Source: a virus
IMG/VR virus record: IMGVR_UViG_3300029982_000010
Coordinates: 157,903 to 221,902 of that record
Reading direction: 5' to 3' (one strand)
Length of the DNA: 64,000 bases
Shown: positions 37,988 through 45,731 of the stretch, piece by piece
Numbering within the stretch: the first letter of the stretch is position 1
Layout of the letters: each line of letters starts with the position of its first letter
Program-made: the position numbers and the translations under genes
The notes under the pieces: generated by a model
What the model was told of the DNA's origin: nothing
Seen by the model: only the letters and a program-made list of their open reading frames with translations
Databases searched by the model: none

Positions 37988-39445
37988 ATGAATAATAGAA
38001 CCTTCATAATACACATTAAAGAAGATAAATATAAAAAAATGATGAGTGATTATATTTTCAAATATCGTCACTTCGAAAACTTATACCTTATAATATTGAA
38101 GGAAAACCAAGAAGATTTTAATTTACTTTCTAACTATAAAGTCATGAGAGCAGTTCTTGCTGAAACTGCTGGCGGTTTGGAAAAAGACAAAGTAAAGTTT
38201 ATTAAAGATAAATATAAAAATTATGATAAAATGATTGAGTTGATTCGTTTATCTAAATGTCTTAAAATTCATAATATTTCTGATTTGATTAAGAGAGTTA
38301 AAGTAAGTTATAAAGCATTTTTCACTAAAATCAAACAAAAAGTTAAGGCAAATACACCCAGTGCTAAAAAGCTATTCTTGGTAACAAAATATTCAATTTT
38401 AGTTGATCAAATTGCATTTTCCTTCAAGAAAAAAGATAAAATTGGAATTAACTTAAGTAATAAAATGTTTTACATTGATTTCAAACACGAATTTCTACCA
38501 AAAAACATTCAAAGCCTTAAAATAGTTTACTCAAACAAAGAAATTTATTTACACTTGAACTATTTAACTGAAGATATTTTAAATAGTAATTTGAACATAA
38601 AAGAAGCAGGGATTGATGTTGGAGTCAATAATTTGCTTGCAATATTTATTGATGATAAAAAATCTAAATCAATTATTGTTGATGGAACTCCTTTCAAAAA
38701 ATATAACTCAAAATTCAATCGTTTCATAGCTAAATTAAATGAATCTATTTCTAATGAAGTGATAGAATATAGTTTAAGTAAAAATAATATTAAATATGCT
38801 TCCAAGTGGACTCAAAGAGGAATAGAATTAAGGAAGTATAAGACATTTCTTTATGAAAAGAGGAATCGTTATTTTTATGATCAGTTTCATAAAGTAAGTA
38901 AAAGGGTAGTTGAGTTCTTGAAATTAAATTCAGTAACAAACCTAACCATATCATATAATTTAGCTAGCTTAAAATATAATGGTGACTGCAAATTAAATAA
39001 TAAAGTAAAACAAAATTTCATACAGATTCCTTTCATTAAATTATTGGATTACATTCAATATAAAAGTAATGAAGTTGGAATTCAAGTAGATATAATTAAC
39101 GAAGCCTACACTTCCAAGTGTTCTTGTGTTAGTGATGATGTTAATAATCCGTTAGATAAAGAACTAAATGGTGTTCGTTCTAAACGTGGATTGTTTACAG
39201 ACAAACTAATAAATAAAACAATGAATGCAGATTTAAATGGTGCAGTTAATCATATTAAAAAATCAAACAAAAATAATGATTTTTCATGGCTGAAAAATTA
39301 TATGTTTAAACTGTGTAATCCAGTTAAAATTAAATGCGACTACGATTTCTTTAAATTTATAAAGAATAGTGTGTTCGGACAAGGAATGTTATCAAACAAC
39401 ATCCAAACGTCACTTCCTGTACAAATTTGTGCATGTTTAAGTTGA
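37988..39445 (+). CDS. tnpB: TnpB/Fanzor-like RNA-guided RuvC endonuclease (IS200/605-IS607 OrfB family)
   Basis: 485 aa; RuvC-I GIDVGVNNLLAIF, C-terminal EAYTSKCSCV zinc-finger remnant, RuvC-III NADLNGAVNHIKK; no tnpA nearby. Confidence 0.75.
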   Translation: MNNRTFIIHIKEDKYKKMMSDYIFKYRHFENLYLIILKENQEDFNLLSNYKVMRAVLAETAGGLEKDKVKFIKDKYKNYDKMIELIRLSKCLKIHNISDLIKRVKVSYKAFFTKIKQKVKANTPSAKKLFLVTKYSILVDQIAFSFKKKDKIGINLSNKMFYIDFKHEFLPKNIQSLKIVYSNKEIYLHLNYLTEDILNSNLNIKEAGIDVGVNNLLAIFIDDKKSKSIIVDGTPFKKYNSKFNRFIAKLNESISNEVIEYSLSKNNIKYASKWTQRGIELRKYKTFLYEKRNRYFYDQFHKVSKRVVEFLKLNSVTNLTISYNLASLKYNGDCKLNNKVKQNFIQIPFIKLLDYIQYKSNEVGIQVDIINEAYTSKCSCVSDDVNNPLDKELNGVRSKRGLFTDKLINKTMNADLNGAVNHIKKSNKNNDFSWLKNYMFKLCNPVKIKCDYDFFKFIKNSVFGQGMLSNNIQTSLPVQICACLS

Positions 39446-39664
39446 CGGAACTACAGAAGAACTAGTACTTTATGTATAAGAAAAACGTGAAGATGCTAAA
39501 AATGCTCAATTAGAATTTGATATTCTTGTACAAACTCATTATCAGTGTGTAGACGAAGGCGCAAAAACACTTAAAGAATATAATAAAAAATGTGAAATAA
39601 TTCGTCAAAAACTTGACTTTAACAAATATAAAAATATTATGATATTAAATGGTATAATAGTTTA

Positions 39665-39964
39665 ATGATGGAAGATAAAGAATATATATTATGCTCAGCA
39701 ATTAAATTTGATGATATAATAGTTTGTGGTAGAAGGCATAATGATTGTTATGATTCATTAAATAAAATTGAAATTTCTTGTAACTCTACTAAATTTCATG
39801 AGCCAAATAGAAAAGAGCAAGGATTTTTAACATCAAAAGGAAATTTTGTTTATAGAAAAGAAGCTTGGAAAATAGCTAAAAATAGTAATCAAATTAGATA
39901 TGGTAAAGAAGCATCAGAAAATGGAGATGACTCTGAATTGACATCTGAAAATTTATTTGATTAA
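39665..39964 (+). CDS. hypothetical protein
   Basis: 99-aa ORF followed by hairpin terminator. Confidence 0.4.
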   Translation: MMEDKEYILCSAIKFDDIIVCGRRHNDCYDSLNKIEISCNSTKFHEPNRKEQGFLTSKGNFVYRKEAWKIAKNSNQIRYGKEASENGDDSELTSENLFD

Positions 39965-39989
39965 ATTAACATAATATAACAGTTAAAAA

Positions 39990-40015
39990 AGTAGAATTAT
40001 TCATTTAATTCTACT
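39990..40015. terminator. hairpin AGTAGAATTA-TTCATT-TAATTCTACT followed by T8
   Basis: 10-bp perfect stem then T-run, 25 nt after stop of 39665..39964. Confidence 0.5.
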
Positions 40016-40056
40016 TTTTTTATTATCTTTGTATTCTAATTATTAAAAACTTAGTT

Positions 40057-40410
40057 ATGAATAGATTTGATGAATCTAAAAGAGTATATAAACATAAGAT
40101 AGCAATTTTAAAATTGTGGAAGACTGAAACCACAAAAGTTTCATTGCTAAGAGTAATTAAACACGATTTAGAAAAAATGATTCTTATTCTTATTTTAGGA
40201 GATTATAATGCATCTAAAATTCATAGAAGAATAGCAAGGCATCACAATGTAAAGACAGATGAAGATTTATATGAAGCATACATAGATTGGGCATTAGCAA
40301 GATATACTAAGCCAGAAATGCAAATGGACGCTATTCAAACAGCAAAGATTCTTCATCCAGAATTATTAAATAAATGTATAAAACATTATTTAGAAGTTAA
40401 TTATAAATAA
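40057..40410 (+). CDS. hypothetical protein
   Basis: 117-aa ORF. Confidence 0.4.
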   Translation: MNRFDESKRVYKHKIAILKLWKTETTKVSLLRVIKHDLEKMILILILGDYNASKIHRRIARHHNVKTDEDLYEAYIDWALARYTKPEMQMDAIQTAKILHPELLNKCIKHYLEVNYK

Positions 40411-40415
40411 AAAAT

Positions 40416-40598
40416 ATGAAAAAAGCAAAAAAATATTATCCTTTTGTGATATCTATAATTACATTGTTATTATTAGTTATAATTATGATTATAAATCCTT
40501 TATTTGTAATGAATAATATAATATTGACAATTATATTATGCTGTGTATCAGGAGGATATTTAGGATACGGACTTGCAAAAATACAAACTGAAATATAA
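40416..40598 (+). CDS. small membrane protein
   Basis: 60 aa, two TM helices. Confidence 0.4.
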   Translation: MKKAKKYYPFVISIITLLLLVIIMIINPLFVMNNIILTIILCCVSGGYLGYGLAKIQTEI

Positions 40599-40971
40599 AA
40601 TTATGAAAAAACTTAATCCTTTCTCAGATAATTGTAATCAATTAAAATTCGGTGATTATATTCTTTTTCAAGAATATCAAGATAGAAATTATAAAGGTGT
40701 GTTTAAAGTCACAAAACCTATATTCGCAATTTACCTTGGATTTTTTGTTGCAGATCAAGCATTTGCATTTAATTATGTTAAATGGGTTAATGAAAATAGA
40801 GAAGAAGTTTATGATATTGATAATCACATTGAATGGTCTGATTATATAAATATACTTGGTATTTGGAAAGTTAAACCAACATGGCAAGAAATTATTTCCA
40901 AATATAGAAACCAAGAAATTGATGAATATGTAGATAGTGATGATATTGATTGGAATGATATAAAAAATTAA
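40573..40971 (+). CDS. hypothetical protein
   Basis: 132-aa ORF; three overlapping other-frame ORFs judged spurious. Confidence 0.45.
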   Translation: MQKYKLKYKIMKKLNPFSDNCNQLKFGDYILFQEYQDRNYKGVFKVTKPIFAIYLGFFVADQAFAFNYVKWVNENREEVYDIDNHIEWSDYINILGIWKVKPTWQEIISKYRNQEIDEYVDSDDIDWNDIKN

Positions 40972-40972
40972 A

Positions 40973-41365
40973 ATGAAAAAAATATCGGATGATATTAAAT
41001 ATAAAATTGGTAATAAAGTTTGGCTTTATTATCCGTCTAATGATATAAAAAGAAGAGGAATAATAACTCATATTAATGATGATGATGTAACAGTTAAATT
41101 CAAATACTGGAACACTGAAATAGAAATGACTTTTAGAGATTTTGAAATTACTCAGTTTACATATGATGATTATATTAATGATTTTCAAAGGACAACAGTT
41201 ATATACAATATTAAATTAAATATTATTGAATCTTACATACGAAAAAATAAATTAGAAACTATAAATAATAATTTTGATACTAATATATCAGAAAATGATA
41301 AAGTATTACAAGAATTTGATATTAAATATATAGAAGAATATATTAAAAGAATTAATAAAAAATAA
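40973..41365 (+). CDS. protein with internal KL-tail motif
   Basis: IESYIRKNKLETI at residues ~75-87. Confidence 0.4.
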   Translation: MKKISDDIKYKIGNKVWLYYPSNDIKRRGIITHINDDDVTVKFKYWNTEIEMTFRDFEITQFTYDDYINDFQRTTVIYNIKLNIIESYIRKNKLETINNNFDTNISENDKVLQEFDIKYIEEYIKRINKK

Positions 41366-41366
41366 A

Positions 41367-41552
41367 ATGAATTTAGATTCTATAATTGGAAAAACAGAAA
41401 AAGAAGTAATTGAATACCTGCAAGTGAATAATGTAAATTTTAGAATAGTTAGAAATAACTTAGAATATTATATAATTACTTGTGATTACGTTCCAGATAG
41501 AGTAAATTTAGAAATTGATAATGATGTAATAACATCTTATAATAACGGATAA
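41367..41552 (+). CDS. hypothetical protein
   Basis: 61-aa ORF. Confidence 0.35.
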   Translation: MNLDSIIGKTEKEVIEYLQVNNVNFRIVRNNLEYYIITCDYVPDRVNLEIDNDVITSYNNG

Positions 41553-41567
41553 TTAAAAATTAATATT

Positions 41568-42212
41568 ATGTATATATTAAGCAAGTTTAAAGATTATTAT
41601 GATTATCTATCAGGTATTTATGGAGAAGATCCATTAATAGTTTTAGATAGGCGTGAATTTACCATGCCTACATTTAGAAATAATCCTATAAGTAAGGCTT
41701 ATCCTGATGGTGATTTTGAAGAAGGAAGACTTGATTTATATATCGGAGGATTTCTTATTGAAGCTTACTTCAAAGGAGATAAAATTTATTATGGTAAAGA
41801 TTTGAAACAATTCGATGCTGTGCAAAAGCATTCCGGTTGGTATTATAGGTGGTCTCATGATGAAAAAGATAAAGATAAAGTTCATATAGATATTAAAGGA
41901 ACTAGATATAGAGAATCATATAATTTAAAAATAATTAAAGATTTAACAAAAATGAATGATAAATATAATTGTCCTATTCTTGTTAGAAAAAATAGTGAAC
42001 CAGATAAATTTTTATATAAATATTGTATTTTAAAAGATTTGAATCTTAATTCTTTTGTTTCTCCTGAAGAAGTATATAAAATGATTTCTGATTGGATTTC
42101 ATATCAAAGGACAATAGCAGAAAATCATGTAGATACTATGACTAATATTCAGAAAATAGAATCAAAAGGATTTGATAAAAAAACATCGTTCAGACCTAAT
42201 ATGAAAAAATAA
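41568..42212 (+). CDS. hypothetical protein
   Basis: 214-aa ORF. Confidence 0.45.
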   Translation: MYILSKFKDYYDYLSGIYGEDPLIVLDRREFTMPTFRNNPISKAYPDGDFEEGRLDLYIGGFLIEAYFKGDKIYYGKDLKQFDAVQKHSGWYYRWSHDEKDKDKVHIDIKGTRYRESYNLKIIKDLTKMNDKYNCPILVRKNSEPDKFLYKYCILKDLNLNSFVSPEEVYKMISDWISYQRTIAENHVDTMTNIQKIESKGFDKKTSFRPNMKK

Positions 42213-42213
42213 T

Positions 42214-42393
42214 ATGAAATATAATGTATTTGATAGAAAAACAGGAGAAATCACATATTATAATACAGATTCAACTCATGATAAATACTCAGAATATTCA
42301 GATAGAGATAAACTTGATAGCATAGATATTAAAGTTATTGAATCTTATATAAGAGAAAAAAAGTTAGAAAAAATAAAAAATATTAAAAAATAA
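42214..42393 (+). CDS. small KL-tail protein (below ORF-track cutoff)
   Basis: 59 aa MKYNVFDRK...IESYIREKKLEKIKNIKK. Confidence 0.35.
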   Translation: MKYNVFDRKTGEITYYNTDSTHDKYSEYSDRDKLDSIDIKVIESYIREKKLEKIKNIKK

Positions 42394-42397
42394 TATT

Positions 42398-42598
42398 ATG
42401 AATGAAAATGAAGATTGGTATCATAGATTTAATAGTAATATAAAAGATGATGATATTTATTATTATTATGGTAAAAAAGGATATGAGACTACTATTAAAT
42501 ATGAAGAAACAGATGAAGAAAAACTTGATAAGATTGATATGAGTATCATCGAATCATATATAAGAAAGAAAAAATTGGAAAATATTAATAAAAAATAA
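42398..42598 (+). CDS. small KL-tail protein
   Basis: IESYIRKKKLENINKK. Confidence 0.4.
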   Translation: MNENEDWYHRFNSNIKDDDIYYYYGKKGYETTIKYEETDEEKLDKIDMSIIESYIRKKKLENINKK

Positions 42599-42599
42599 T

Positions 42600-42830
42600 A
42601 TGAATACTGACGAATTATTATTAATGCTAAGTTATATAGATAATAGAAGTTTGAATCAAACTAAACTATTATTTGAATTATGTGATAATGACTTTGAAAA
42701 ATTATTAAAATTAGAAGCCTGCGTTAAAAAAACTTTTGTCTCTTATTGCCCTGGTGATAAGGAATTAGTTAATGAGTTAATAGCAACTTGGAATGAATCA
42801 AGAAAAAAAGAAAATTCTAAAAAAAATTAA
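42600..42830 (+). CDS. hypothetical protein
   Basis: 76-aa ORF. Confidence 0.35.
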   Translation: MNTDELLLMLSYIDNRSLNQTKLLFELCDNDFEKLLKLEACVKKTFVSYCPGDKELVNELIATWNESRKKENSKKN

Positions 42831-43052
42831 TTATGAGCACATTTTTAACAGTATTAATCGCAATTTGGATATCATTATTTATTGGTATCATTTTTTTAGT
42901 TGTTGTATCATTATCAATTAGTTCAGATACTAAATCTAAATTTGCTAATTGGTGGAGTAAACATATTAGTAAAACTTTAGATCCAAACGATTCTAGTTTC
43001 TAACTATATCATTAAGTAAATCAATAAAACTAAAATTAAAAGAAATATAGCA

Positions 43053-43292
43053 ATGAATATAAATTATGACTCAAATAACTTTAAATCTGGTGATCATGTA
43101 ATTTGTATTATTCCCGATAAAGGTGAATATTTAATAATGAATAATAATTATACAATTAAAACAATTAGTAATAATTTTTGTGATGTTGCTAATAATACTT
43201 CATTACCTTTATTCTTTTTATGTCGGTTCAAATTAGACGAATTATATTACAGAAAGAAAAAGTTAATTGAAATTCAAGAATTCTCAAAGTAA
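43053..43292 (+). CDS. Fam-A small protein
   Basis: ...FKSGDHVICII..., ELYYRKKKLIEI. Confidence 0.5.
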   Translation: MNINYDSNNFKSGDHVICIIPDKGEYLIMNNNYTIKTISNNFCDVANNTSLPLFFLCRFKLDELYYRKKKLIEIQEFSK

Positions 43293-43316
43293 TAGAAAAT
43301 ATTAAAAATTATAACA

Positions 43317-43550
43317 ATGGATATAAATTATGACTCAAATAAATTTAAATCTGGTGATCATGTGATTTGTATTGATAATGATCAAACATTTTTAACAATA
43401 AATAATTGTTATATAATTAAAAAAATAAATAGTAAATTTGTTTATATTGATTCTTTTCCTTCATTTTTTGCATGTAGATTTAAATTAGATGAATCATATT
43501 ATAGAAACCAAAAACTAAAAGAAATAGAAAATGTTCAAGGTAGGAGATAA
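43317..43550 (+). CDS. Fam-A small protein
   Basis: paralog of 43053..43292; ESYYRNQKLKEI. Confidence 0.5.
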   Translation: MDINYDSNKFKSGDHVICIDNDQTFLTINNCYIIKKINSKFVYIDSFPSFFACRFKLDESYYRNQKLKEIENVQGRR

Positions 43551-43815
43551 AGTAATTTGTATTGATAATGTTAGTCATAATGAAAATGATAAACTTACAA
43601 TTGGAGAATTAAAAAAGAGTAAAATATATACTATTAGTATATTTTTTGATATAAATATTCGCAAAAGGACTACTAATTATACTGATAAATTATTTTTAAC
43701 TGGAATTAATTGCTGTTATTATTATCCATCTAATAGATTTATGAAATTGTCTGATTATTATAGAAAAGAAAAACTTAAAGAAATAGAGAAATGTACGACT
43801 ATATTAGATTGTTAG
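43531..43815 (+). CDS. Fam-A small protein
   Basis: MFKVGDKVICID..., DYYRKEKLKEI. Confidence 0.5.
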   Translation: MFKVGDKVICIDNVSHNENDKLTIGELKKSKIYTISIFFDINIRKRTTNYTDKLFLTGINCCYYYPSNRFMKLSDYYRKEKLKEIEKCTTILDC

Positions 43816-44033
43816 AACATTTCAAAGATGGAGATAAAGTAGTTTGTATTGATAATGACGGAATTGAAGATGAACTAAAAATTAATAGCATATATAATGT
43901 GGTTAGATTTAATCGTGAAGTCCATTGTATAAGTCCATTTTCTTATCATCCTTATAGATTTATATCATTAAAAGAATATAGAAAAGAAAAACTTAAAGAA
44001 ATAGAAGAATGTTCAAAGTCGGAGATAAAGTAG
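43791..44033 (+). CDS. Fam-A small protein
   Basis: ...DGDKVVCID..., KEYRKEKLKEIEECSKSEIK. Confidence 0.5.
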   Translation: MYDYIRLLEHFKDGDKVVCIDNDGIEDELKINSIYNVVRFNREVHCISPFSYHPYRFISLKEYRKEKLKEIEECSKSEIK

Positions 44034-44248
44034 TTTGTATAGATGATAATCCAACATATGGTAGTAATTCATATTATGATAAGACAAATTTTTTAAAAAT
44101 AAATAATATTTATTTAATAGATAAATATTCATCTAATTTAGAATTGATTAAAATATTTGAATATAACATATGGTACGATGAAAAAAGATTTATATTATTG
44201 AAAGAACAACGAAAACAAAAATTAAAAGAATTAATATGTTTAAAGTAG
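44009..44248 (+). CDS. Fam-A small protein
   Basis: MFKVGDKVVCID..., KEQRKQKLKEL. Confidence 0.5.
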   Translation: MFKVGDKVVCIDDNPTYGSNSYYDKTNFLKINNIYLIDKYSSNLELIKIFEYNIWYDEKRFILLKEQRKQKLKELICLK

Positions 44249-44472
44249 GAGATAGAGTAGTTTGTATTAATTCTGGAAAAATTTTTAATTTAAAATATAA
44301 ATATACATATACAATAATAGAGATTATTAATTTTCATATTGGACAGCAAAAGCGAAATGGTATTGAAATAAAAATAAATAATGGCACTAAAAATTACTAT
44401 AAATTATCAAGATTCATATCATTAAAAGAACAACGAAAAGAAAAACTAAAAGAGTTGATATGTTCAAAGTAG
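44236..44472 (+). CDS. Fam-A small protein
   Basis: MFKVGDRVVCIN..., KEQRKEKLKEL. Confidence 0.5.
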   Translation: MFKVGDRVVCINSGKIFNLKYKYTYTIIEIINFHIGQQKRNGIEIKINNGTKNYYKLSRFISLKEQRKEKLKELICSK

Positions 44473-44660
44473 GAGATAGAGTAATATGCATTAATAATGA
44501 TAGATTATATTATAATTCTGGTGAATATTTTTTGAATTATAATACTACTTATATTATAACAGAAATATCATTAGATAGTGTTAAAATAGGCAATATAAAT
44601 TATGATTATTATGCTTCAAGATTTAAATTAGATAATTCATATTATAGGAAAAAAAACTAG
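44460..44660 (+). CDS. Fam-A small protein, tail truncated by frameshift in A8 run
   Basis: ends YYRKKN*; with one more A the frame reads YYRKKKLERIVECSKSEIE. Confidence 0.4.
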   Translation: MFKVGDRVICINNDRLYYNSGEYFLNYNTTYIITEISLDSVKIGNINYDYYASRFKLDNSYYRKKN

Positions 44661-44673
44661 AAAGAATAGTAGA

Positions 44674-44862
44674 ATGTTCAAAGTCGGAGATAGAGTAGTT
44701 TGCATAGACAATAATAATATTAGTAGTACTGATGATGAATATATACTATATTATCATATGATTTATATTGTAACTTGTATTTTTTCGAATGATACTATTA
44801 AAATAAATGATAGAAGATATATTTATTCTAATTTAAGATTCATATCATTAAAAAGAATATAG
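44674..44862 (+). CDS. Fam-A small protein, tail truncated by frameshift in A5 run
   Basis: ends ISLKRI*; with one fewer A reads SLKEYRKEKLKEIEEC. Confidence 0.4.
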   Translation: MFKVGDRVVCIDNNNISSTDDEYILYYHMIYIVTCIFSNDTIKINDRRYIYSNLRFISLKRI

Positions 44863-44889
44863 AAAAGAAAAACTTAAAGAAATAGAAGA

Positions 44890-45114
44890 ATGTTTAAAGT
44901 AGGAGATAGAGTAGTTTGCATAAATAATACAAAAATAGATTATAAATTTAATCTTTATTACAATAAAATCTATATTATAACCAGTATTGATGATGTTGTT
45001 AGAATTAAAATAGATAATATAAATTATGAATATTTTAATTTAAGATTCATATCATTAAAAGAATATAGAAAACAAAAATTAAATAACTTAAAAAATTATG
45101 AATATAAAATGTAA
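44890..45114 (+). CDS. Fam-A small protein
   Basis: MFKVGDRVVCIN..., KEYRKQKLNNL. Confidence 0.5.
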   Translation: MFKVGDRVVCINNTKIDYKFNLYYNKIYIITSIDDVVRIKIDNINYEYFNLRFISLKEYRKQKLNNLKNYEYKM

Positions 45115-45310
45115 AATATTTGGTCATGAACCAGATTTAAATAAGCTTGTTAATAATAGTACTGAAAATAAAGATAATTATAGAGATTGTACTACTACTT
45201 GTAAAAAATGCAATAAAATATTGACATATGATGAATGCTGGAAAAAATATTCATATAAGATTATATCAATATTACAAAAGAAATTAATAGAAACATTAAA
45301 GTCAAAATAA
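45098..45310 (+). CDS. small Cys/His-rich (zinc-ribbon-like) protein
   Basis: CKIFGHE...CTTTCKKCNK. Confidence 0.4.
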   Translation: MNIKCKIFGHEPDLNKLVNNSTENKDNYRDCTTTCKKCNKILTYDECWKKYSYKIISILQKKLIETLKSK

Positions 45311-45356
45311 AAACTTATGCATTAAATGAATGTTAAAAATTATTTAAATAAAAAAA

Positions 45357-45376
45357 GGAGAATCAATTGATTCTCC
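45357..45376. terminator. bidirectional hairpin GGAGAATCAATTGATTCTCC flanked by A7 and T7 at a convergent gene junction
   Basis: perfect 20-nt palindrome between + and - gene ends. Confidence 0.55.
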
Positions 45377-45399
45377 TTTTTTTATTTATATTTTTAATA

Positions 45400-45600
45400 T
45401 TAATAAATAATTTCATTGATATTTAAAAATTCCACAGAATATGATACATAATAAGGATCATTCTTTTCATAGTAATATTTTATTACTTTGGTTTCAACTT
45501 CAGTTTCAGATTCTGCATCTACTATATGAAATTGCTCGCTAGTAGTAGTTTTTCCTTCATAATAAAATTTATTTACTTTTAAATGTGCTAAATATAACAT
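45400..45600 (-). CDS. hypothetical protein
   Basis: 66-aa ORF. Confidence 0.35.
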   Translation of the reverse strand: MLYLAHLKVNKFYYEGKTTTSEQFHIVDAESETEVETKVIKYYYEKNDPYYVSYSVEFLNINEIIY

Positions 45601-45731
45601 ATTATTAAGTTTTAAATTGTGAATATTAAATTGTATTCAATATTATTACAAAAGTAATAAAAAAATCTATTCACACAAATTGTGAACAGATTTTTATTAT
45701 TTAAATACATTATTTAATATAAATTATATAT

